64,000 bases of DNA from an uncultured Alphaproteobacteria bacterium (GTDB lineage: Bacteria; Pseudomonadota; Alphaproteobacteria; Rhizobiales; Xanthobacteraceae). Where the stretch lies: the NCBI GenBank assembly GCA_963720385.1, contig CAVRFL010000018.1, positions 25,609 to 89,608 of the forward strand. Direction: 5' to 3'. The translations under genes and the position numbers were made by a program. Below, piece by piece: positions 12,811 through 21,509 of this stretch. The notes below the pieces were generated by a model that was given only the letters and a program-made list of their open reading frames with translations, was not told the DNA's origin and made no database searches. Positions within the stretch are counted from its first letter, which is position 1, and every line of letters begins with the position of its first letter.

Positions 12811-14220
12811 ATGACGACGCCCAAAGACGTGATGAAGCTGATCAAAGACAACGACGTGAAGTACGCCGATTTCCGCTTCACTGACCCGCGGGGCAAGTGG
12901 CAGCACGTCACATTCGACGTCTCGCTGATGAGCGAGGACACTTTTGCGGAAGGCCAGATGTTCGACGGCTCCTCGATCGCGGGCTGGAAGGCGATCCATG
13001 AATCCGACATGAACCTGATGCCGGATCCAGCGTCGGCTGTCATCGATCCATTCTATGCCGAGACCACCCTATCGCTCGTCTGCGACGTGCTCGAGCCGAC
13101 CACCGGCGAGCCCTACAATCGCGATCCGCGCAGCATCGCCAAGAAGGCCGAAGGCATGGTCAAGTCGATGGGCGTCGGCGACACCATCTATTTCGGTCCG
13201 GAAGCCGAGTTCTTCATCTTCGATGACGTCAAATACGCCGCCGAGCCTTACAACACCGGTTTCAAGCTCGACTCGGTCGAATTCCCGACCAACTCCGACA
13301 CCGACTACGAGGGCGGCAATCTCGGCCACCATGTCGGCACCAAGAAAGGCTATTTCCCGGTGCCCCCGCAGGACACCTCGCAGGACATCCGCTCCGAAAT
13401 GCTCGGCGCGATGGCGCGTATGGGCTGCCAGGTCGAGAAGCACCACCACGAGGTGGCCTCCGCCCAGCACGAGCTCGGCCTGAAGTTCTCCCCGCTGACG
13501 GTGATGGCCGACCGCTTGCAGATCTACAAATACTGCATCACCCAGGTCGCCAACATCTACGGCAAGACCGCGACCTTCATGCCCAAGCCTATCTACGGCG
13601 ACAACGGCTCCGGCATGCACTGCCATCAGTCGATCTGGAAGGACGGCAAGCCGGTCTTCGCCGGCAGCAAATACGCCGATCTGTCAGAGATGTGCCTCTC
13701 CTATATCGCGGGCATCATCAAGCACGCCAAGTCGATCAACGCCTTCACCAACCCCGCGACCAACTCCTACAAACGGCTCGTCCCAGGCTTCGAAGCGCCG
13801 GTGCTGCTCGCTTATTCGGCGCGCAACCGGTCGGCAGCGTGCCGTATTCCGTGGACCACCAATCCGAAAGCCAAGCGCGTCGAGGTGCGTTTCCCCGACC
13901 CGCTGTGCAATCCCTATCTCGGGTTCGCCGCAATGACGATGGCCGGCCTCGACGGAATCAAGAACAAGCTTGATCCGGGCTCCGCGATCGACAAGGACCT
14001 CTACGACCTGCCGAAGGCCGAGCTGAAGAACATCCCGACGGTGTGCGGAAGCTTGCGCCAGGCGCTTGAGGAACTCGACAAGGGTCGGGCCTTCCTGAAG
14101 GCCGGCGGGGTCTTCGACGATGACTTCATCGACAGCTACATCGAGCTGAAGATGACGGAGGTGATCCGTTTCGAGCACACGCCGCACCCGGTCGAATACG
14201 AGATGTATTATTCGGCGTAG
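12811..14220 (+). CDS. glnA: glutamine synthetase type I
   Basis: 469 aa of canonical GSI sequence, including the adenylylation-site region NLYDLP-like (DLYDLP). Confidence 0.97.
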   Translation: MTTPKDVMKLIKDNDVKYADFRFTDPRGKWQHVTFDVSLMSEDTFAEGQMFDGSSIAGWKAIHESDMNLMPDPASAVIDPFYAETTLSLVCDVLEPTTGEPYNRDPRSIAKKAEGMVKSMGVGDTIYFGPEAEFFIFDDVKYAAEPYNTGFKLDSVEFPTNSDTDYEGGNLGHHVGTKKGYFPVPPQDTSQDIRSEMLGAMARMGCQVEKHHHEVASAQHELGLKFSPLTVMADRLQIYKYCITQVANIYGKTATFMPKPIYGDNGSGMHCHQSIWKDGKPVFAGSKYADLSEMCLSYIAGIIKHAKSINAFTNPATNSYKRLVPGFEAPVLLAYSARNRSAACRIPWTTNPKAKRVEVRFPDPLCNPYLGFAAMTMAGLDGIKNKLDPGSAIDKDLYDLPKAELKNIPTVCGSLRQALEELDKGRAFLKAGGVFDDDFIDSYIELKMTEVIRFEHTPHPVEYEMYYSA

Positions 14221-14254
14221 TGACGCTCGCCTCATCATCGAGGGCGAAAGGCAA

Positions 14255-14289
14255 AGCGGGGCGCTCTTCCGAGCGCCCCGCTTCTTTTT
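14255..14289 (+). terminator. rho-independent terminator after glnA
   Basis: AGCGGGGCGCTC-TTCC-GAGCGCCCCGCT followed by TCTTTTT. Confidence 0.8.
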
Positions 14290-14332
14290 AGTGGGCGGCA
14301 GATCGCAACCGGCCTCGCGACGCCGTCCGGCA

Positions 14333-14860
14333 CTATTTGCGCAGGCTCGCCCGCATTTTCTCCCAGGCCGCGATGCCGGCCCGAGCGGCATTCTCGTCTT
14401 CGCCCTGCGGCAAGCCGGCAACGCCGACCGCGCCGACCAGCTTGCCGTCGAGCGCAATCGGCACGCCGCCGCCGACCAGGTAAACCTTATTGCCATACAT
14501 GTTCATGATGCCGAAGTAGCGGTCCGGGCGGGTCTTGTAGAGAGCGCTCAGCGTTTCGGTGGTCTGGCGGTACATCGCCGAGGCGAATGCCTTGGCCTCG
14601 GCAAAGCGGACATTGCGGCTGGAGCCGCCGTCCATGCGGTCGCTCGACAGGATGTCCCCGCCGACATCGACCACGGCGACCCCCATGGTCGTGTTCTTCG
14701 CACGGGAATAGGCGATTGCGCCATCAATGATCGCGCGCGCTTCAGCGAGCGACAGCAGCTGCCCGGGCGCTGCGGGCGGCCGCTCTTGCGCGCTGACCGG
14801 CCCGAGCAGGAGCGCCAGAGCAACAGTTGCGTGCAGGCAGGAACTGCGAAATCCGGGCAT
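14333..14860 (-). CDS. GlcG/HbpS-like (DUF336) putative heme-binding protein, secreted
   Basis: Signal peptide plus the DUF336 pattern (AVVDVGGDIL...A.AKA.SA...GGVPI..DGKLVGAVGVAG). Confidence 0.8.
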   Translation of the reverse strand: MPGFRSSCLHATVALALLLGPVSAQERPPAAPGQLLSLAEARAIIDGAIAYSRAKNTTMGVAVVDVGGDILSSDRMDGGSSRNVRFAEAKAFASAMYRQTTETLSALYKTRPDRYFGIMNMYGNKVYLVGGGVPIALDGKLVGAVGVAGLPQGEDENAARAGIAAWEKMRASLRK

Positions 14861-14989
14861 GAGTGCCTCCCCTTGTTGTCTTGCGATTATGATGACGTGG
14901 ACGATACCACGTCGCGGCCGGCGGCGGACGCGCCGGCAGGCACGCGCTCGTCAGTTTGGGAAGGCGAACGCTTGGTGTGTGTGCGCTGC

Positions 14990-15235
14990 TCAGATCAGAA
15001 GGTAGGTACCCGCGATCGCCACCACCGCGGCGGCCGTAAAGGCCGTGTAGAAGGCATAGCGGCGGATCCGGCTCGGTCCGTAGGCGCCGGCCCGGCGCCT
15101 GGAACTGATCACCGCGGCCTCGAACTCGTCCGATGAGGAGAACGGGCAGGCCCACGCGAGCCCGGCACGTTCCGCGTCCATCTGAAGCGTCAGCACATCA
15201 GTTCTTGGCCGTGCCGGTGTCAGAATCTGCCACAT
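14990..15235 (-). CDS. hypothetical small protein with a C-terminal transmembrane helix
   Basis: ORF only. The hydrophobic tail YAFYTAFTAAAVVAIAGTYLLI is the sole supporting feature; no recognisable family. Confidence 0.25.
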   Translation of the reverse strand: MWQILTPARPRTDVLTLQMDAERAGLAWACPFSSSDEFEAAVISSRRRAGAYGPSRIRRYAFYTAFTAAAVVAIAGTYLLI

Positions 15236-15455
15236 TCCCAGATAATAAAGCGCCGCAGGTAAACGTCCCCTTGCGCCGCGATCCGTCCTCGGCCAGATGG
15301 TCGTTATGTGAGCATGGAGGGGCCAGTAACGATTGATTCACCGACCCTTCCGAATGAGGATTTCCGTGTGCGGACAGATACTTGATAATCCCACAAGCAA
15401 ATTGATCGCGCTGGTCTGAAATGGTGGTCTAGAATGCAGGCAGCGCTCAATTCTT

Positions 15456-16349
15456 GTGCTGTTCAATCTGCAGTATACGAATAAGCTTCAATTCGGCGGT
15501 GCAGCAAAGCTGGCTCATCGCTGGGGGACAAGGACGCACGTGACACTTCTTCAATTGCAAGATCATTCGATTGGCGCGATCCGTCAGGCCAAGAGTTTAA
15601 GATATCCGTCCGGCGCCCTCGCCTGGGCCCAACACCGTCAGCCGATATTGGCGGTGACCGGCTTGGCGGCCGAAGCCCGGCTGGCGGCCGGGCCTGGCGT
15701 GATCACCGTCATGGCAGGCGGCAATCCCACGCTGTTGCGGTCGCTGCTGCGCGCGCGGGTGCAACCGAATTGCCGCGCCGTCATCAGTGTCGGGATCGCC
15801 GGCGGCCTTCATCCCATGCTCGTGCCCGGCGACGTGATCGTGGCGACCGGCGTCGCCACTCCCGATCGCCGTCACGCTGCCTCGCCGAGTGTCGCCCGAC
15901 GTCTCGCCGCACGCCTCTCCGATCATCCGAAGCGGGTGATCATGGCCGATCTTGCTGGCGTCGACAGCGCCGTGCTGTCGCCCGGAGAAAAGCGCGCTCT
16001 GCGGAGCGCTACTGGGGCGCTTGCGGTCGACATGGAATCGCACGTGGCCGCCGCGTTCGCCGCCCAGCACGGATTGCCGTTCGCGGCGGTGCGGGTGGTC
16101 TGCGATCCTGCCCACCGCACGCTTCCCGACCTGATCGCCACCGCGCTGCGTCCCGACGGCAAGATAAGCCTTGGCGGCGTGGTCAGGGGCCTGTGGCTGC
16201 GACCCGTGCAGGTGTTCGCCATGCCGCGCCTGGCGCGCGATGCCTCCGAAGGCTTCCGCGCGCTGCGACGATGCCGCGAGCTGCTTGGCCACGGTTTTGG
16301 CATGCACGACTGTGGCGATTGCATCGGCGAAATCGAAGCGGCGGTTTGA
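15456..16349 (+). CDS. phosphorylase-family protein, HpnG-like (hopanoid-associated nucleoside phosphorylase); start uncertain
   Basis: Shows the PNP_UDP-like pattern AVTGLAAEARLAAGPGV...ISVGIAGGLHP.LVPGDVIVA. An in-frame GTG at 15540 preceded by AAGGA is a plausible alternative start. Confidence 0.7.
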   Translation: MLFNLQYTNKLQFGGAAKLAHRWGTRTHVTLLQLQDHSIGAIRQAKSLRYPSGALAWAQHRQPILAVTGLAAEARLAAGPGVITVMAGGNPTLLRSLLRARVQPNCRAVISVGIAGGLHPMLVPGDVIVATGVATPDRRHAASPSVARRLAARLSDHPKRVIMADLAGVDSAVLSPGEKRALRSATGALAVDMESHVAAAFAAQHGLPFAAVRVVCDPAHRTLPDLIATALRPDGKISLGGVVRGLWLRPVQVFAMPRLARDASEGFRALRRCRELLGHGFGMHDCGDCIGEIEAAV

Positions 16350-16353
16350 CAAT

Positions 16354-17346
16354 TCACCTTGCGGCCGCGCCAACCGCCGACAACCACGCCACCGCATCGG
16401 CCAAGGCGTCCCGAGCCGGCCGCGGCGCATAGCCGAGCTCACTGCGAGCCTTTTGGCTGTCAAACGGACCCGAGCGCAGCGCCAGCCGCACGCCCTCGCG
16501 CGTAGCCGGCGGCGTGCGCCCGGTCACAAAGTCGGCCACCCACTCCGCGACCGCGGCCGATGCCAGCGCCACCCATCCGGGCACCGCGCGCTTTGGCATC
16601 GGGCGGGCGGATATCTGTTCCAGCAAGCTCAGCAGCTCTCTCAACGCGACGTTCTCGCCGCCGAGGATGTAGCGCTCGCCGCTGCGGCCCCGCTCCGCCG
16701 CCAGCACCATGCCGGCGGCCACATCGCGCACATCGACCAGATTGAGCACGCAATCGAGATAGGCCGGCGACTGTCCGTTCAGGAACATCGACAGCATGGC
16801 CGCCGGCGGCGTGAGATTGCTGTCGCCCGGACCGATCGGCACGGTCGGATTGACGATGAGCGCATCCAGCCCGCCTTGCACGGCGGCGAGCACTGACTGT
16901 TCCGCCGCCAGTTTCGAACGCGTATATGGGCCCGGCATATCGGCAAGCTCCGGCCGCACGGTTTCATCGATGGGCGCGCCCGTGCCGCGGCGTGTCGGCA
17001 GCAAGATCGCCTCCGTCGAGCAATGCACGACCCGTTCGACGCGGTGCGCGGCCGCCGCACGCAGGACCATCGCGGTGCCGCCGGCGTTGATACGATCGAA
17101 ATCGGACCTGTCGCGTGACCAGAGCTTGGCAATGCCGGCGAGGTGATAAACGCGCCGAACGTTCGCCATCGCTGCGTCGAGGCAGTCCGGATCGAGGATC
17201 GAACCGGGCGCGAACTCAACCTCCACCGCCAGGTCGTCAGGCGGCGCGAGGTCGAGAATCCTGACGCCCGCGCCGCGCGGGCGCAGCGCCGCGACGACAT
17301 GCCGCCCGATGAAGCCGCTGCCGCCCGTGACCAGGTCAATCGGCAC
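16354..17346 (-). CDS. NAD-dependent epimerase/dehydratase, HpnA-like
   Basis: Rossmann motif VTGGSGFIGRHVV and an SDR extended-family layout. It is convergent with the HpnG-like gene. Confidence 0.75.
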   Translation of the reverse strand: MPIDLVTGGSGFIGRHVVAALRPRGAGVRILDLAPPDDLAVEVEFAPGSILDPDCLDAAMANVRRVYHLAGIAKLWSRDRSDFDRINAGGTAMVLRAAAAHRVERVVHCSTEAILLPTRRGTGAPIDETVRPELADMPGPYTRSKLAAEQSVLAAVQGGLDALIVNPTVPIGPGDSNLTPPAAMLSMFLNGQSPAYLDCVLNLVDVRDVAAGMVLAAERGRSGERYILGGENVALRELLSLLEQISARPMPKRAVPGWVALASAAVAEWVADFVTGRTPPATREGVRLALRSGPFDSQKARSELGYAPRPARDALADAVAWLSAVGAAAR

Positions 17347-17364
17347 ACCATCACTCCTGGGAGG

Positions 17365-18054
17365 TCATGGAGCGTTTTGTGGCTGACGCGAAAACAATTC
17401 GTACAAGAACCAGACGGAAAACAATGCAGCGACGTAGAGCTGGAAATTACTGCTCGATACGAGGTTTTGGCTCGCGACGAGGTCGGCGGCGGACGCATAG
17501 ATGCTCCACCAGACCAGTTGCGCCGCGCCGCCAACAATAAAATAACGCCAGACTCGCGCGGCCCGGAAATATCCCAGGATCGCAAAGCCAAGCGCCAGCT
17601 GATTGGGATGAAACGATCCGGGGATGAAGGCGAGCAGGCCGTAGCGTTCTATCAACGACTGCATCTTGCGGAAATAGGCTTCACCGACCAGGGCCGGCAG
17701 GCGCTGCTGCAACAGCCGGCCGAGGACCAGACTGGCACCGTAGCCGACCATGGTACCGGCCATCAGGCCTGCGACCAGCGGCAATGCCTCTGCCCAGCCG
17801 GGCCGCATCCCGAGCAGCAGCACGATCGCGACCGCCGTGCCCGGGATGTAGAAGCAAAGAACAATGGTGGCCTCGACCAGCCCGAGGATCGCCATACCCG
17901 TCACCACTCCGGCTTGGTCGAGATTTCGAACGGCGCGGGTGATGTCGTCGATATGAAAGACTTGCCAGACGTTTTGCGCCAGATAGGCGAGCAGGAAAAC
18001 GCTGACGCCAAGTCCCGGCAGGATGAGGCGCCGGCTGATGTTGATCGCGGGCAC
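17365..18054 (-). CDS. DedA/VTT-domain-like integral membrane protein
   Basis: 229 aa with multiple predicted TM helices. GTG start at 18054, only 4 nt from palindromic element A. Confidence 0.55.
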   Translation of the reverse strand: MPAINISRRLILPGLGVSVFLLAYLAQNVWQVFHIDDITRAVRNLDQAGVVTGMAILGLVEATIVLCFYIPGTAVAIVLLLGMRPGWAEALPLVAGLMAGTMVGYGASLVLGRLLQQRLPALVGEAYFRKMQSLIERYGLLAFIPGSFHPNQLALGFAILGYFRAARVWRYFIVGGAAQLVWWSIYASAADLVASQNLVSSSNFQLYVAALFSVWFLYELFSRQPQNAP

Positions 18055-18057
18055 GCG

Positions 18058-18126
18058 CTAGTGTCCCGATTCCGAAGTTCGTAGCATTTCGCACGGCCTC
18101 CTATACGAACCTCGGAAGGACACTAG
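18058..18126. repeat. CTAG-bounded palindromic element A (69 bp, MITE/REP-like)
   Basis: Terminal inverted repeats CTAGTGTCCCGATTCCGAAGTTCGTA / TACGAACCTCGGAAGGACACTAG. Same arm family as element D. Confidence 0.7.
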
Positions 18127-18142
18127 CAACTCGTTTGGCTTC

Positions 18143-18210
18143 GTGTGGCATAGGTTCAGCATTCCTTAGTCCGGACTTGCCGTATTGCGGACTTCTGAAC
18201 CGCCACACTA
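18143..18210. repeat. palindromic element B (arms GTGTGGC..GGTTCAG..TCC), ending in the CTAG used by the IS
   Basis: GTGTGGCATAGGTTCAGCATTCC pairs with the reverse complement of GGACTTCTGAACCGCCACAC. The right end joins element C as CACTAGTG once the IS is removed. Confidence 0.5.
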
Positions 18211-19051
18211 GGGCCTGTCTTCAGTTAGGGGATTCCCAAATCAGCAATTGGGTGATTCATGGGCGGTCGGCCTGAGGAGGGGCCGACCGATGCGACGCTA
18301 TGCATTACGCGACGACCAGTGGGACCGGATCAAGGATTCTCTGCCCGGTCGCGAAGGCCATGTGGGAGGCACTGCGGCGGACAATCGGCTGTTCGTCGAA
18401 GCTGTTCTGTACCGATACCGAGCCGGCATTCCCTGGCGCGATCTGCCGGAACGCTTTGGTGATTGGAAGATCGTCCATCAGCGCTTTGGCCGATGGGCGA
18501 AGAGTGGAGTTTTCGAGCGCATTTTCAAGCTGTTGGCGAGTGATCACGCCAACGAATATATGATGATCGATGCCACCATCGTGCGCGCTCACCAGCACAG
18601 CGTCGGCGCACGAAAAAAAACGGCGCGCAAGCGATCGGTCGATCGCGCGGCGGACTGACCACCAAAATTCACGTCCTGGTCGATGCGCTCGGCAATCCTG
18701 TCGATGTCATGCTCACGCCAGGGCAAGCCCACGATCTGGCTTGCGCGGAGCCGTTGATCGATAGCGCCGATCCGGAGGCCTTGATCGGCGACAAGGCTTA
18801 CGATGCCGATCCGCTGATCAACACGCTCAATCGGCGCGAGATCACCCCTGTGATTCCCCCAAAGGCTAACCGCAAGACCCCGCGGGATTGCGACTTCGCA
18901 CTCTACTGCGAACGCAATCTCGTCGAGCGCTTCTTCAACAAGCTCAAGCACTTTCGGGCCATCGCCACCCGCTACGACAAACTCGCCAGAAATTTCCTCG
19001 CCGGGGTCCAAATCGCCTGCGCTATGATCCTACTCAACTGAACACAGGCCC
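18211..19051 (+). mobile_element. IS5-family (IS427-group-like) insertion sequence, copy 1, 841 bp
   Basis: Terminal IRs GGGCCTGTCTTCAGTTAG / GGGCCTGTGTTCAGTTGAG flanked by TA..TA inside a CTAG. It encodes a two-frame DDE transposase. Confidence 0.9.
18290..19041 (+). CDS. IS5-family transposase OrfAB (orfA 18290-18658; orfB frame to 19041; predicted -1 frameshift on the A8 run at 18613-18620)
   Basis: OrfA reads MRRYALRDDQWDRI...IPWRDLPERFG. The -1 frame after A8 reads NGAQAIGRSRGGLTTKIHVLVDALGNP...DKAYD...RNLVERFFNKLKHFRAIATRYDK, the classic IS5/IS427 DDE region. Confidence 0.85.
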
Positions 19052-19128
19052 TAGTGTCGCCGATTTGAAGTTCCTGCAACCGTTGCGGCAAACTCAGCTA
19101 GGACCTTCAAATCGAAAAGCGGCACTAG
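19052..19128. repeat. CTAG-bounded palindromic element C
   Basis: (C)TAGTGTCGCCGATTTGAAGTTCCT pairs with the reverse complement of AGGACCTTCAAATCGAAAAGCGGCACTAG. Confidence 0.55.
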
Positions 19129-19141
19129 AAGTATAGAGTTG

Positions 19142-19216
19142 CTAGTGCCCCTTGTTTCCGAAGTTCGTGTTCGAGTGTGCTGCGGCGTATCACGAATTTC
19201 GGAAACGGGGCACTAG
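19142..19216. repeat. CTAG-bounded palindromic element D (75 bp), same family as A
   Basis: CTAGTGCCCCTTGTTTCCGAAGTTCGTG / CACGAATTTCGGAAACGGGGCACTAG. Confidence 0.7.
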
Positions 19217-20442
19217 CCTCCGACGTCCATTGTCTTGATCGTGCGGATGCTTTGCGGTGTCAGCAACTGCGCCCCCCATCCTTTCTTGGGAAGGTAGTGC
19301 GCTGCAGCCGGTGTGGCCAGCAGCCAAACCGCGGTGACCGCTGGCGGCACGAAGCTCATCCAGTCGATCGCCACCGGCGTCAGCTCTTCCTGGCTTCCGG
19401 CATAGCGGTCCCGCTTGGCGAGAAGCCGCCAGCATTCACGCAGGACGCTTAGCCGGCTCTCCTCCCGCGCCGCGCAGCCAAGCAGGGCCTGCAGAGCAAG
19501 ATGGGTGCGCACGCCGCTGGTGCTGTCCGGCACGGCGGAAGTCGTTTCTCCGCGCGACACCCGCAGCAGCAGATCCACGAGATCGAGCCCGGCGAGCACC
19601 GAGCTCATCGGCTCGACCAGCCGCGGGTTGCAATCGAAGTAGTACGGCGTTGCGGACGCCCCGTCGACGATGTAGTCGACGGACAAGGCGCCGTGCCAAT
19701 GCAGGTATTCGCCGATGCGGGCGAGATGCCCACGAACGGTTGGATGGCTCACGCTCTCCTTGATCGAGCTGCCACCCCCGACGCCGCGCGCAATCTGACG
19801 GTAGGCGTGCGAAGCGATCAGCCGGCCGTCAGCGAACACCGCCTGGGACTGCTGGGGTTCGCCCTCGACGACATCCTGAACAACCAGCGGTTCGTCGAAA
19901 CCGTTGACGGCCTCGATTTCTGCGACGGCGTTCTGGAATTGCGCGTCGTCCTGGATGATCCAGGTTCCCCGGCTCGCGGTGCCGACCGCGATCTTCAAAA
20001 CCATAGGGAAGCGTTTCGCCTCCATCAGCTCCCTGGCGCCGGCGACGACGCGGGTCGCCGGCTGCGGCAGGCCAAGCTCCGACAGGATTTGGCTGAACCC
20101 GAGCTTGTTGTGGGCGCGGAGGTAGCTTTCGAAGCTCGGGAGCGCGACCGCGACATGGCGGGCAATCTGCTTGCGGGCCTTGGCGAACAAGAGTCCCTGC
20201 TCGTGGACCGGCAGCAGCACATCGAACTGCCCGCCGGAAATACGGTCCAGCACGAAGGCCAGATAGCCTTGCGGATCGATCCCGAGCGGCGGACAGCGAT
20301 GAAATCTGCGGACGAAACGGGAAAAGCGGCCGAGGCAATGAGGATCCGGGTCGCACACCTCCACATGGTGGCCGCGCAGGCCCAACGCGGTGATGGCTTC
20401 GCGCGCTGAGGTGCTGGCGCCCTCGGAAAGCAGAATCCGCAT
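19213..20442 (-). CDS. ATP-grasp domain protein (carboxylate-amine ligase-like), orphan
   Basis: 409 aa from the ATG at 20442 (MRILLSEGASTSAREAI...). ATP-grasp fold pattern (PMVLKIAVGTASRGTWII...VVQDVVEG...SVDYIVD...YYFDCNPRLVEP). The TAG stop lies within the terminal CTAG of element D. Confidence 0.7.
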   Translation of the reverse strand: MRILLSEGASTSAREAITALGLRGHHVEVCDPDPHCLGRFSRFVRRFHRCPPLGIDPQGYLAFVLDRISGGQFDVLLPVHEQGLLFAKARKQIARHVAVALPSFESYLRAHNKLGFSQILSELGLPQPATRVVAGARELMEAKRFPMVLKIAVGTASRGTWIIQDDAQFQNAVAEIEAVNGFDEPLVVQDVVEGEPQQSQAVFADGRLIASHAYRQIARGVGGGSSIKESVSHPTVRGHLARIGEYLHWHGALSVDYIVDGASATPYYFDCNPRLVEPMSSVLAGLDLVDLLLRVSRGETTSAVPDSTSGVRTHLALQALLGCAAREESRLSVLRECWRLLAKRDRYAGSQEELTPVAIDWMSFVPPAVTAVWLLATPAAAHYLPKKGWGAQLLTPQSIRTIKTMDVGG

Positions 20443-20493
20443 ACCCGCCCTTCTGGAAATCACCCATCCAGCGAGCACAGCTTATAGCGATTG

Positions 20494-20511
20494 GCGGAGC
20501 GGATTTGCTAT
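20494..20511. repeat. 18-bp direct repeat, copy 1 (GCGGAGCGGATTTGCTAT)
   Basis: Exact second copy at 21485-21502. The pair brackets the phage-remnant block. Confidence 0.8.
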
Positions 20512-20600
20512 TTGCTATTTCGCTTTGATTTGATTCAGCTATTTGCCGCCACCTGTGTCGCAAACGCTACGCGGCGACGATCGCGGCCTCCAGCTTTTTC

Positions 20601-20774
20601 ATGGCTTCCCGGTCGCCCCTGTTCCACCGCAAGGACGGCAAGGTGGTCAAAGAGCACGACGACCTAATGGCGGCCACGCGCTACGGGATCATGATGCTAC
20701 GCCACGCCAGAACAGAGAGGGCAGCGCAGAGCTTCAATCGCGTGATCGAATATCCAAAGCGGCCCATCGCATGA
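20601..20774 (+). pseudogene. C-terminal fragment of a phage terminase large subunit
   Basis: It translates to ...LFHRKDGKVVKEHDDLMAATRYGIMMLRHA..., the DDL.DA.RY tail typical of TerL nuclease domains. No upstream ATPase/nuclease body is present. Confidence 0.5.
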
Positions 20775-21025
20775 CCATGCCACCCAACCCCGACAGGCTG
20801 GGCAGAATACAGAAGCGGATCAGGCGAGCATTCCTCGCCAACCCAGACCAGCTATTACGGACAACCGATCTAGTCGAGTGGGCATACCCCCGCCTCACAG
20901 ACCCGCCCAGCAAGTGGCATCGCTTGGCCGTACAGAGGGCAGCCCGCAAGGTGGCCAGACAGGTGCAGGCAGGTGGCGGTAGGGGGAAATGTTCGACTTA
21001 CGCTGCCGTCGGCCGCGGAGCGTGA
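20771..21025 (+). CDS. hypothetical phage-related small protein
   Basis: 84 aa (MTMPPNPDRLGRIQKRIRRAFLANPDQLLRTTDLVEWAYPRL...). Its ATG overlaps the preceding TGA (ATGA). Confidence 0.4.
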   Translation: MTMPPNPDRLGRIQKRIRRAFLANPDQLLRTTDLVEWAYPRLTDPPSKWHRLAVQRAARKVARQVQAGGGRGKCSTYAAVGRGA

Positions 21026-21085
21026 ACCTTTTCGATTGTCCTACCGTCTCAAGAAGTAGGTGAACCATAGACCTAGGAGGTTGCC

Positions 21086-21256
21086 ATGACCCTAGTAGGC
21101 CACACACTCTCCGCAATTACCGCCCTCGCGCTCGTCACCGCCATCGCAACCCCTCCCGCTCCAGCCCAGGACCTCAAGGGGATTAGTAATTGCCCCCGCA
21201 AGGACAGGCGCGCCAAGGCCAACATTTACCGCCGCACGACCGGTCAATCGGCTTAG
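21086..21256 (+). CDS. small secreted protein (56 aa)
   Basis: Strong AGGAGG RBS 5 nt upstream. The predicted signal peptide is MTLVGHTLSAITALALVTAIATPPAPAQ; the ORF is below the track's length cutoff. Confidence 0.4.
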   Translation: MTLVGHTLSAITALALVTAIATPPAPAQDLKGISNCPRKDRRAKANIYRRTTGQSA

Positions 21257-21423
21257 CCGCCGGTAGTACAGACTAAGCGCCTGCCCGTCGCCTCTCGGCT
21301 AACGGTGGCGCTGGCGCTGCTGAAGCCCTTTCATGTCGCATCCATGTCGCGCGGACTAGCTGGAACTGCCCAGAACAGCCCGGTACGCAATGGGAACGCT
21401 TGCGACATGTGCAACATGAGAAA

Positions 21424-21457
21424 GGCCCGTCCGACGAGCGGAAGGGCCTGGTTTATT
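21424..21457 (+). terminator. putative rho-independent terminator
   Basis: GGCCCGTCCG-ACGAG-CGGAAGGGCC (one mismatch) followed by TGGTTTATT. Confidence 0.4.
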
Positions 21458-21484
21458 GGGATTACAGCGTCGTCGGATTTGGCT

Positions 21485-21502
21485 GCGGAGCGGATTTGCT
21501 AT
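21485..21502. repeat. 18-bp direct repeat, copy 2
   Basis: Identical to 20494-20511. It lies just downstream of the GGDEF gene stop. Confidence 0.8.
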
Positions 21503-21509
21503 CCGCAAG

